This document shows, one piece after another, positions 52,431 to 64,000 of a stretch of DNA of 64,000 nucleotides. The notes under the pieces were generated by a model, which had not been told where the DNA came from, made no database searches, and saw nothing but the letters and a program-made list of their open reading frames with translations. The stretch covers positions 50,716,001 through 50,780,000 of the forward strand of contig NC_043014.1 in the NCBI RefSeq assembly GCF_006345805.1, given 5' to 3'. The position numbers and the translations under genes were made by a program. The first letter of the stretch is position 1. Each line of letters begins with the position of its first letter. This stretch comes from Octopus sinensis. Lineage: Eukaryota.

Positions 52431-52996
52431 GTGTAGTCTGATCAATAAGTATCCGGACTGATACCATAGTAGCGAAGCTAAAGCACATAAAATATAGCCG
52501 CTTGGTACAGATTAACCTTGAGCTCAGCTGTGACTGCACGCTACGTTGTAGCGCTCTACCTCATCTCCGCTGTTTACAGTAGTACTTCGAAGGAACGTGC
52601 GTAGCGTGTTATCCTCTCATTGAAGATGACTGGGAAAGCTGAGCAGAGAATCTGCATCAAATTTTGCCAAAAGCCTGGCGATACCTGCTCAGAGGCCCAC
52701 GTAAAGCTTTCAAAAGGTTTTCATCGTTCTCGACACAATCAAGGAATTCTTGTGCAACTGAAATCCGAGTGTTTTTTCGGTCAGCTGAAAACAGTTTTGG
52801 CACAAACTTGGCAGACACGCGTCTCATGCCCAAAGCTTCAGTGATAATCGACTGAGCTGAACCGTAACTTACCTGCAATTCCTCTGATTACTCACGGATG
52901 GTGATTCAAAGCATCTTGGAAACGTGTGAATCACTCGTTCGCTTGTTTGCGGCTCATACACTCCTCTCCATACGTTTTCTGCAACTTTGTATAGGG
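52431..52996. mobile_element. Mariner element relic with internal inversion and deletion
   Basis: TIR-like GTAGTCTGATCAATAAGTATCCGGACTG at 52433. The + strand gives MTGKAEQRICIKFCQKPGDTCSEA. The - strand gives YTKLQKTYGEECMSRKQANE*FTRFQD and EELQVSYGSAQSIITEALGMRRVSAKFVPKL. Confidence 0.82.
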
Positions 52997-53199
52997 CTCT
53001 GAGCATGTATCATGACAATTTTTTTTCTGTCATAGTTAATGCGACGATCATACGCTACACACATTCCTTCCAATGAGAAAGCTGATTCGAAGACTACAGC
53101 TCGAATCCATCACTGGAACTGTAAAAAATCTGTAAAACTTTCAGTTAGATATATATGAGCATGTCTGGATATGGAAGTATATGCATGAGAATACATACA

Positions 53200-54268
53200 T
53201 AAAACACACAAATCTGCACATACATACGTACATACATACATACATACATACATACATACATACATACATACATACATACATACATACATGCATACATACA
53301 TGCATACATACATACATACATGCATGCATGCATACCATACATACAAACATACATACATACATACATACATACATGCATACATACATACATACATACATGC
53401 ATACATACATACATGCATGCATGCATACCATACATACAAACATACATACATACATACATACATACATACATACATGCATGCATACATACATACAACCATA
53501 CATACAAACATACATACATACATGCATACATACATACATACATTCATACATACATACATACATACATACATACCATACATACATACATACATGCATGCAT
53601 ACCATACATACAATCATACATACATACATACATACATACATACATACATACATGAATACATACATACATAAATACATGCATACATACATACATGCATGCA
53701 TGCATACCATACATACAAACATACATACATACATACATACATACATGCATGCATACATACATACAACCATACATACAAACATACATACATACATGCATAC
53801 ATACATACAAACATACATACAAACATACATACATACATGCATGCATACATACATACATACATACATACCATACAAACATACATACATACATACATGCATA
53901 CATACATACATACATACATACTCACATACATGCATACATACATACATAGATACATGCATACATACATACATACCATACATACATGCATTCATACGTACAT
54001 GCATACATACATATATACATACCATGCATACATATATGCATGCATACCATACACACATACATACATACATACATACATACATACATACATACATACATAC
54101 ATACATACATGCATACCATACATACATACAGACCATACATACATACACACTCACATACATACATACATACCATACATATATACATGCATGCATACATACA
54201 TACATACATGCATACATACATACATACCACACATACATACATACATACATACATACATACATACATAA
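53200..54268. repeat. (ATAC)n microsatellite with variant units and internal higher-order duplications
   Basis: Directly visible; it explains the 453-aa and 365-aa ORFs. Confidence 0.95.
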
Positions 54269-54440
54269 ATGCCAATAAAAATACCCTGTTGTTGATGCTG
54301 AAATTTTAATGAAAAGAGCCTTTTTCTCTATTGGTAAGGAATCTTGAAATAAAACTAAACAATGATATACATACATACACTCACATATATTCAAATATAT
54401 GTAAATATATATATATATATATATGTGTGTGTGTACACAC

Positions 54441-54484
<44 letters not shown>

Positions 54485-54720
54485 CGTTAGTAAGAATAAC
54501 AAAATTTAAATATTCATACGTATCTATAAAGACATAGTAGATATTAAAAACTTAATAAATATTCGGAGAGAGATGGAAATAATTTCTACAACCTCAGGGC
54601 AATCCTTTGCCTATCCGCGATGTTTATAATTCTCTTTTTCTTTTTTACATATGTCTTGTTAATTAAATAATAATTGAAGTGCGATTAACGGATGTGTATG
54701 TATGTATGTATGCATGTATG

Positions 54721-54754
<34 letters not shown>

Positions 54755-54871
54755 TGTATATATGTATGTATATATGTATGTATGTATATATGTATGTATG
54801 TATGTTGTATGTATGTATGTATCTCTCTCTCCCTATCTATCTATCTACGTCTCTGTCTACCCTTCTATCTC

Positions 54872-54946
<75 letters not shown>

Positions 54947-56060
54947 CGTATATACATACACATATGTACATACATATTTGTATGGGTGTGCTTGTATATG
55001 TACGTCTGTTTGTGATGCTGTATGTTTCCCAACTATTTAACAACCGATGTTTCTATATAAGTCCCGTAACTTAGCAGGTCGTCGAAAGAGACCCACAGAA
55101 TAAGTTCTCCTATTAAAATTACTAACGGAGTTGATTTGTTTGTCTCATAATACAAAGCAGTATTCCAACAACATTGCCGCTCTCCACTGATGGAAACAAG
55201 AAAAGCTGTATACCTATGTATAATATTCGCTCAACATACTTTTACCTTTGTTGAAAAGTTTGTGCAGACATTTTTCTTAGCTTTCTGCATGTATAAGTGT
55301 TCTTTTTTGAAGTTAGACATTATATTTAATAATGTATTACCAGTGTTAACTAATTAGGTAAATGAATGCATCGGTCCTAAGTACTGCAATCATTATGTGT
55401 ATATAATCAACTACTAAAACCGTAATTAGTTTTAGTGTTAAAGTTTAAATAATTCTGACGTGTTCGTAGTTCTCGCGAATAATATGCCATTCCTCTGAAG
55501 TGGCAAAACATCGCGTATATTTGTTAATTAATGGAGCGTTTGAACTGGAGAAAACATTTTGGAAAAACATTCATTGGCAAGCATTCAGTCATTATTTATT
55601 TAATTGGAATGCTTAAAAGATACATGTAAATTGGCGCAGTAGACGTAGAAAGAAAATGCTCATATTTTTCTTTGCGTCTATTCTCACGAAAACGTAATTG
55701 TTAATCGGTTGTAGCAATAAAATGGTGAATTCTGACATAGTAATAGACCATATAGGGCCAAACATTAAAGGAAGATATTTAGTTGTAGGGAATATTGCGG
55801 ATCTAATGAGTTCACTGCACAAATTTCTTTGGTGCGTTCGCCAGGTTGTTTTTAAATATAGGCTGCGGTTGGCCCAGATTCTACGAGCTGAACTTTAAAG
55901 ATATCAGCCATTAAGATGATTGTCTTATACATACATCCATTTCTATATACATACAAACATATGCGTAAACATGTTTTACATACACACACGCACTTGTATA
56001 TGGAGTAATACACAGACACACTTCTATATGGAGAAATACCCACACACAGACGCACACACA

Positions 56061-56133
<73 letters not shown>

Positions 56134-56138
56134 CTATA

Positions 56139-56193
<55 letters not shown>

Positions 56194-56443
56194 ATATATA
56201 TACTTTATTAAAAAGCAGCAAAGATATAACAAAATTTCTTGCCCAGAGTCTCACGTTTCCGTTTACCGGACAGGTTTGTTTCGAATGGAACTAAATAAGG
56301 TTATATACATAAATATACAATTACTTTGATAGATACACATTTGAAAATGACTTTGTATTATTGGTCCTTTCAACTAACGTTCTTAAGAAGGCATATTTTG
56401 TGGTATTGTTTTGGTTGTGCCAGGATGGGTATATATATATATA

Positions 56444-56480
<37 letters not shown>

Positions 56481-56485
<5 letters not shown>

Positions 56486-56585
56486 CTGCTCGCTTAGCCA
56501 GCGGGGTGGCGTCACTTGAAGGCTAAAACAATGCGAAGCACATTGTGACCAGCGATGTGTAACAACATCTGATAACCTGATCGGA
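56481..56585 (+). mobile_element. 5'-truncated SINE (family B tail type 3 only) inside (TA)n
   Basis: Matches about 52232-52335. Confidence 0.85.
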
Positions 56586-56587
56586 AA

Positions 56588-56627
<40 letters not shown>

Positions 56628-56671
56628 ATGTGTGTGTATACATATATATATACGCATAAATGGCAATGTAC

Positions 56672-57010
56672 TGCAGGGTGTTCTGTCGAACTTTGACACT
56701 TTGGCTAAAGAGAAAAAGCAGGCACAACAATTCATGCAAACTAAAATTCTTTAAAATAACAAAATATGTTACCTTGATTATGGCTGGGAGATTACTGAAA
56801 GGAGCCACCCTCAGCATCCACCACGTCCTCAAGAAGGCTCCAGAATCTAGTGCAAGCGTTCCCTATTGTACCCCTAGAAATGTCTTTCAACATATTTATC
56901 TTACCCTGCACCAAGCGAGCGATTTGTGTCTTTCTTAGCCATGTGCTACACATAATAATCCATGGAATTACAATCAGGTGAATCTGGAAGACTTAAATTT
57001 GGGCTGTAGA
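56672..57010 (-). pseudogene. Tc1/mariner (DD37D-like) transposase C-terminus, 3' UTR and TIR end
   Basis: The minus frame reads PDSPDCNSMDYYV (SPDLNP-DY) and NACTRFWSLLEDVVDAEGGSFQ*. The element end reads GAACACCCTG. Confidence 0.75.
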
Positions 57011-58469
57011 AGACTCGATAATTGATAAGTAAATTTAATTTACCAATGCATCAAATAATCAAATAGAGTTCATCCTATATCGAAATTTAACAGAAATTCT
57101 GATAAGATGAGAGGTGATATACAACTCAATTTGTAAATGAAGGAAATCGATGTAGCTGTTGGAACCTACGATTGTTTCGAAAGCAGATCAAGTTTAACCT
57201 AACATTAAGAATATACCTACATATATTGCATACATACCTATACTGTATACCTGTTAGCGCCCCGAGTTCCACACCACCATGCGCTTTGCATCGAAAATTT
57301 TCCTACGTCACTATTTTTAGAAGATAATTCACCACCGGATGTGCATTTAACGGAGAGTAAAGGAAGAAAGTGATATTTAGTTACATGTTTGTATCTTACC
57401 GAAATGATTACTGGTATTGTTGATTCTCATACGCCGTTTGTTTTCAGATAGCTATGTAACATATTTTATCTCTCTGTAGCATATATGTGTTAAATCAGTC
57501 ACGCATAACATGGGCCTAAACCAAGCACTATCGCGTTGGGGCAATTCATAAAGTGACACCAGACTAGAGCACCGGATGCTAACGAGGAACCCTCGTTAAT
57601 TAAACAGTTTTCCTATTGATTAATATACTGAGCCAAGGTTCAACCATTCACATATTTACAGCAAGGCAATTTGATAGTGAAGTGTCAGTGAAAAGCAGAA
57701 GGCGGAGCAACTGACGCAGTTCATGACGTAGTACTTTTAAATCGGGAATCTGAACTCCATCACCACAGGTCAACTACGTCTGTCATTGAATTTTAAACAT
57801 TATTCGTATCAAGCACCTATTTAGCACCAGTGCTAACTTACTTCAGTCAGTTTCTAATGTCCCTTTGGAATATAAATATTCAAAGTAATTTAGGTGGAAT
57901 CAGAATTCATTATGAGAAGATGGAGGTAATCCATTTGTAAAGTAATAGGCAAGACCGCAATTAAGATGTGGCCTGAGTGGATTTAATTCGTATTATTCCT
58001 CCCACTACTGCTCAAAAGATTTCAAAGCCCGGTCTTCTGTGATGCGAGACAGCTAACATTAAATTCCATAATAATATAGTTAGATATTAATTATGAATTA
58101 AATAGAAATGTAATTATAATTTCAAGACGTTTGCGTTTTTATTTGCCAACAATATTGCATCGGTGGATATCTTTATTCCCTCATGTTACACAATAAAGTT
58201 TAGTTGTCTGTTAAATATGATCACATCATTAAATCATCAATTATATCTGAAACGCGAGACAATAATTGTTGCTCGGCTAATAAATATTCAGTCACAGGAA
58301 TGTTGTTGTTAATGCATGATCCATCGAGGAAGCCCTGTATAGTCGCTGAACATAACGGAAATAACAGCCAAATCTCCGTCGAACGTCCTCAGTGGCGTCT
58401 TAACGGTGGGAAAAAAACTCGATGTGTAATATAATTCAATAGGTAGTGGCCATAAAAAGCGTCGAACGC

Positions 58470-58505
58470 AATAATAATAACAACAACAACAACAACAACA
58501 ATAAC

Positions 58506-58560
<55 letters not shown>

Positions 58561-58575
58561 GTAATAATAATAATG
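58470..58575. repeat. (TAA)n/(CAA)n microsatellite
   Basis: Directly visible. Confidence 0.95.
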
Positions 58576-59000
58576 TAGTGGCTGTGTGGTAAGTAGGTTG
58601 CTAACCAACCACATGGTTCCGGGTCCAGTCCCACTGCGTGGCATCTTGGGCAAGTGTCTTCTGCTATAGTCCCGGGCCGACCAATGCCTTGTGAGTGGAT
58701 TTCGTAGACGGAAACTAAAAGAAGCCTGTCGTATATATGTATATATATATATATAATATATATATGTATGTGTGTGTTTGTGTGTCTGTGTTTGTCCCCC
58801 TAGCATTGTTTGACAACCGATGCTGGTGTGTTTACGTCCCCGTCACCTAGCGGTTCGGCAAAGGAGACCGATAGAATAAGTACTGGGCTTACAAAGAATA
58901 AGTCCTGGGGTCGATTTGCTCGACTAAAGGCGGTGCTCCAGCATGGCCGCAGTCAAATGACTGAAACGACGAGTAAAAGAGTAAAAGAGTAAAGAGTAAA
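58576..59000 (+). mobile_element. Full-length family C SINE
   Basis: TAGTGGCTGTGTGGTAAGTAG..GGGTCCAGTCCCACTGCGTGGC..CCAGCATGGCCGCAGTCAAATGACTGAAAC..GTAAAAGAGTAAAAGAG. Confidence 0.92.
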
Positions 59001-60739
59001 CAGTATGATGATGATGATGATGATGATCATCATCATCATCATCATCATCATCATCTTGAGATTGGTATTATTCCTATTAATTAAATGAACATGTAATAAT
59101 AGTTTTGGAATTAAAATGATGACTCGGCTGGAACACAGCTTACTCAAGGCTATACAACGACAGCAACAACAATAGCAACAACAACAAACCAGCTGCAGCA
59201 ACGACCAAAGCCACAACAGTTGTAAACTGATAATAATTATCATTGTCTGCCGGATCTGGTTTTGAGGAATTTGTCTTAGTCTGTTCAAATCAAACAATCT
59301 TAATCGCCATTTTTGTTTGTATCTGAGCATAGTAAAAATAAGGAGACTTAATTAACTACAAGAACGAAGACGTAATTAATGTCGATACCACAAAATAAGA
59401 TACCTGCTATTTTAGTATGGAAACTACCAGTCGCTTTGTTATGGAACCCTTACTTCAGAAAGAGTACCAAAATGCGTCTTGCGGTTGAATATATATACAA
59501 GACTAGTTTAAAGATGGCGATCAAGAATATTTCTAAAACAGCAAACTCCTTCCACAATATATTGTTTGCGTCCGTAAAATATAAAGTAAAGTGAAATTCA
59601 TTTGAAACCGCCACGGTTCCTCCTTTATTATATTTTGCCGAATCAGATGCTCACTAGGAGATCGATCCTCTCTTTCTGGATTTTATCCTATAAATATGAT
59701 TCCACAGAGTTATGAGGAGCTTGAATCATTTCCTATGACATATGTGTTCTTGTCAAAGTAATAAGAGATTTTAATCTTTCGCTACATCAGAACGCAGCTG
59801 TAGATATCGTGCAATAATTGCTATTTTGTTCAGTTCCAGGATAACGCTAACCAAGTTTTTGTCTAGGTTTGTCCTCTTACGGCTATATACTACTACATTC
59901 TAAAAGTCTTCATTTCTAGTTATAAAACAGTATTGTATGCAATAATAAATCTCTAGACGAGGAGATATACTGCACTGCTGTTTACCGAAGGTCGAAGGAT
60001 CAAAGCTCCGGATTTATAGCTAGGTAATTATTGCTATTTATAACCCTAGCTCAACTCTCCATTAACAATGGCTTTCCAGCTTTGATCACACTGTCTTTTG
60101 AGCTATCATATATCTGAGAATATATTATTCATGTAGCCTTCGCTTTTTGAGATCATAGAATGTGATGGTTGTAAATTTTATCAGCCCATAATGGGGCTCT
60201 CTTAAATGGTTGAAGAATTGATTGCTTTATTTAGTCCAATCTCGAAAATAAATTGAACTAAATAAGTAACTCTAATTCTGTATAACCCCATTTTTAAAGT
60301 CCTTGAAAGTCAGGGTAGCACCACCCAATGCGTCCATTTTTTATGATGGTAGCGCTTAATTTGAGGGAGATCTAGTGGCTATTACTCTCAGGTTTAAGAG
60401 CTATGTACAGGTTCTCACTATAACTGAATATTAATTGGTAATATATATTAATAATATATTAAAGTTACATGCATGATTCTTTGAGGGAAAACGTGACACG
60501 TTCTTGGTACATATGTGTTGGAGGCTCCTCTCGATTTTCAGTCTTCATAGGTCTATAAAATAAATTCTCAAAAACGCGCATTGAAGACTTCGATATAATC
60601 ACTTGTAATTTCATGCTTGTAAATTGTTCGTAGTAATTGTCTTGTGAAACGACGGACACATACGGAGAACTACGTGTATTCCGTCGAATAAATGCGCGCT
60701 ATAAAGGCTATATTCTATGGCATTTCATTGTCAATCAAA

Positions 60740-60865
60740 GGCAACGAATTGACAGAATCGTTAAATGATCGAGAAAAATATGACTCGCTGCGTTTGTTCC
60801 GGCGTTTTATATTCTGAGTTTAACTCCAGGTGGGGTCAACTTTACTTTCATCCTTTCGGGGCCGA
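60740..60865 (+). mobile_element. Degenerate family A SINE
   Basis: TGACAGAATCGTTA..ATTCTGAGTTTAACTCC..CTTTCATCCTTTCGGGG. Confidence 0.7.
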
Positions 60866-61404
60866 CACTATTGGCTGACAGACAACTTTGCCTAAATCAG
60901 ACGACGAGGAAGACGACAACAACAACAACAACAACAATAACAACAACAACAACAACAACAATGTAGAATAGGATGAAAGAACAGGAAACTAGAGGGCAAG
61001 CATTTAACCAGTTATGGATAACAACAAAATATTCTCAATTGTTAAACCTCACGTCTTCCAGTGGTGACAATCTTCTCAATACGAATACAGAGGAGGGCGA
61101 CTACTGGCAAAATCTGTGACCAGTGGTCTGCAAGACGATTTTTCAGGTGGGATTAAAACAAAACCAACAGCAACAATATATGCAGGGTAAAAAAATCTAT
61201 ACCAAGTACAGCGGCAATGACAGTAACTGAACAAACACCTACAAGTGAATGGGCAGCCTCATAATTGTCGATGTAAATCTTAAATTTGATGTAAACAGTA
61301 ACCAAATCTTTCCCTCTCAGATCATATCTTACAAACTTAAAGAAAATAAAAGGCGTGAGCGGACATAGGATAATGATCAGCGATAAATTACGGTTGATAT
61401 TGTT

Positions 61405-61760
61405 CATAGTCGCACGCGTTCATGTGTGGTTAAGAGGCTTGCTTGTTTGGGGTTAATTCCTACCTCATGGCACCTTGGACAATTGTTGTCTACCATTCCA
61501 GAGCTGACCACAGCCTTGTGAGTGGATTCGGTAAATAGAAACTAAAAGAAGTTTGTGGTATACACACATACACACACACACGTGTGTGTGTGTGTGTGTT
61601 TGTGTGTGAATGTGTGTGCGTTTGTCCCCAGCGATCACGTGACAACGCATGTTGATTTTGTTAGGTCCCCGTAACTTATTGGTTCTGCAAAAGAACCTAT
61701 GAAATATGTAGCAGTACTTATAAAAATAAGAACTGTGTTCGGTGTGTTCGACTCGGCCCT
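61405..61760 (+). mobile_element. Degenerate family C SINE
   Basis: ATGGCACCTTGGACAATTGTTGTCT..CCTTGTGAGTGGATTCGGTA..GTCCCCGTAACTTA. Confidence 0.65.
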
Positions 61761-62194
61761 CCAGGGCAGTTTCCCAGTCATAACCTCAATTCAATGAATG
61801 AAATCAGAAACAGAGAAGTTTAAAAAAAAATTACACTTACCACGTATCTTATCGTTTCGATCGATTAAGGCTTAACAGGAACTAAACATTAATAATTCAC
61901 AATGCATAACCGCAGGTCTTACACAAATCAACGTTTGTAATATGTTAGCCATTCGGCTGATTAATTGCTTAACTCTTTCTTTGGTAAATGAAGTTTGCTG
62001 TTATTCGATGCAATAAATCATCGCATCGTATCATTCTATGATATGAGGTCTAATGGAGTGTTGGTTCTGCACACATACGAAACACAAACAATGGTGTTTG
62101 AATAGTGTTATACACAGTAAGGTCAGGAAATATAACAATATATTGTATCAGAGAAAAGGAAATATTTCTTTTTCATTTATATTTCGCTTGTTTC

Positions 62195-62330
62195 ATTCAC
62201 TGCATTGCGACCATGCTACAGCACGATACTGAAAGGTTTCGGAAGAACAACAGATCCCAGTACGTATTTTTAAAGTCTAGTACTTATTCTATCGGTATCA
62301 TTTGCCGAACCACTACATTACACAGATGCA
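62195..62330 (-). mobile_element. Degenerate family C SINE 3' part
   Basis: CTTGTTTCATTCACTGCATTGCGACCATGCT..TACTTATTCTATCGGT..TTTGCCGAACC. Confidence 0.6.
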
Positions 62331-63646
62331 ACTAAAACAAAACCCTTTTTTTTCTTTGGTAACAGAGGAAGGGGCAAAATATAAAAGATATCCCCACACT
62401 TACAGAACCCATATACAAATAATATTCGACGGGTTTCAATCCAGACGTAGCTTACCAAATCCTGTCACAATTGATTCAGTTTTATGTTTGTTGATGTATA
62501 TTCATTTATATGACACCCGATAACTACGGGTTATTCACATTTTCCCAGTTACTTTAAACAAATGCACCTCAGATTTTATCTATACTCTGTTCCATGGTAA
62601 AAAGTCCCAGTGTATTTTGCTCGTATCATGGCGCAATTCATTGATAGTAAGTAGAGAGTAGCATAATATCGTTTTGAGATGTCAATTTTTCAGTTGATCT
62701 TTGAATATTTATAATCAATTCAGAATTAGGGAAAGAAATAAAATTTTGGAAATTTTGGCAATCTTTGTAAGTAAAAGGAAAATCAAAAAAACGTCGGCAT
62801 TCTATAGAACATTTCATAATGTAGAAAATATTATTGAAGAAAGAATGAAATATAAGTTTTGACGATTCTGTAAAATTCCACTTATCGTATGTTCTCAGAC
62901 AAATTTTAAAGAATTAGTCTCCACATTTCTTTCTGCCTATTTATGGAAAATTAAATTTTCTTACGTATAAAATTATATAATTTTTAGTGGTTTGTACAAT
63001 GCTGCTGGCGAAGGCAACGTTTTGAGAGGAGATTTAGTTATGGAAGCATAATTTCTATTTATTATAGAAAAACCAGGTAAATGTGCAGTGTTGCTTGCCA
63101 ATAATACAACTAAACCATTCTATTAAGGATTTACTATGGTTCCATAATTGAGCAGAGATTACTTTTGTGATTCTAATTATAACAGGAGTTTATGCTTCAT
63201 AACTATCCCTAATTAAAGTTTTCCCAGCGTTGATTAATCATATTCAATAATCGGTAGAAAAACAAAAGAAAAACGAAATCTTTGTGATCTTTAAGTTCTG
63301 TGCTAGCGGCTAATCATTCCATTCTGTCATCTATATTAAATGTAGAGCCAATTTGTTTGGGTTTATGCCGTTTTATGTGTTCTACCTCCATTTATTTAAA
63401 TATTAGTAATATTTGGCAATCTTTTGTTATATGCTTTGTTCTCTAAATACAAAGATTTTCGATGTTTTAAATTATGTAATAATCTTAAAGTTTTGTATAA
63501 TGAAGATTCGCCGTTGCTTCGGTATTTCTAAAAAAACCCAGATATTTTACCAGAATGAAGAAATCTTTTTCAAATTGCTTCAAGTCCCATCTTGCATAGC
63601 TGGTACTTTTGTCTTAATAAATACATATTCTCTTTTTGTATTTCAG

Positions 63647-63724
63647 ATAAATATTTGTCCCAAAATATCTCTGCTGCCTCATTTTTCATCAACATTGTCT
63701 TGGCTTTCGGATGAAGAATTTCAG
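63647..63724 (+). CDS. Candidate 78-nt symmetric exon (INICPKISLLPHFSSTLSWLSDEEFQ)
   Basis: Acceptor TTCTCTTTTTGTATTTCAG and donor CAG|GTAATA. Only phase 0 is open. No homology recognised. Confidence 0.3.
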
Positions 63725-63879
63725 GTAATATATTTTAGAGGCAACGGTGAACATATTCAGAGGCTACCGTTGCACATTCAGTTAGCTGTTAGCGATCTAT
63801 GTAAATTTTGCTCGATGAGAATGTGCTACGAATATATATGTAAATAATAAAGAAGAAGCAAAAGACGGAAGCGAGATTG

Positions 63880-64000
63880 CGCAATAATCCAAGGCCAGAA
63901 ATTGGTGGGGCAGGGACTAGTCGATTTCAGCGTTTCACTGGTACTTAATTTGTCGACTCCGAAAGGATGAAAGGCAAAGTCGGCTTCGGCGGCATTTGAA
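63880..64000 (-). mobile_element. Family A SINE 3' part, cut by window end
   Basis: CTGGTACTTAATTTGTCGACTCCGAAAGGATGAAAGGCAAAGTCGG. Confidence 0.85.

Noticed and set aside
53110-54502. Overlapping 100-450-aa ORFs (MYVC / HTYI repeats)
   Set aside because: All arise from the (ATAC)n array and are open on both strands because of the repeat unit.

Overview
AT-rich, microsatellite-dense animal genomic DNA, not prokaryotic. The SINE repertoire and repeat style point to an octopus or other coleoid cephalopod (inference). No intact host protein-coding gene is recognisable, and almost all long ORFs in the track are translations of (TA)n, (CA)n, (ACTC)n or (ATAC)n microsatellites or of SINEs. Identifiable content is mainly mobile DNA. 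The centrepiece is a 5'-truncated, frameshifted Penelope-like retroelement (RT + Cys linker + C-terminal GIY-YIG, Neptune-type) at 9437-12646. Its 3' pseudo-LTR carries five fixed-spacing CCAAT/CRE modules, a TATA box, a Kozak ATG with a splice donor, and a minimal hammerhead-ribozyme motif with a U3-A8 core variant. Its 5' junction carries a 246-bp near-perfect inverted copy of nearby host DNA. Two further solo hammerhead-like motifs lie in a short repeat family. Also present: three groups of tRNA-derived SINEs with swapped modules, a CR1-group LINE 3' end whose tail matches a SINE tail, an RLE-type non-LTR relic, a hAT transposase relic, Tc1/mariner relics (one internally inverted), a non-autonomous Helitron, MITEs, a degenerate 36-bp tandem array, a 100-N gap and a few weak candidate exons. 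All alignments and translations were done by eye.
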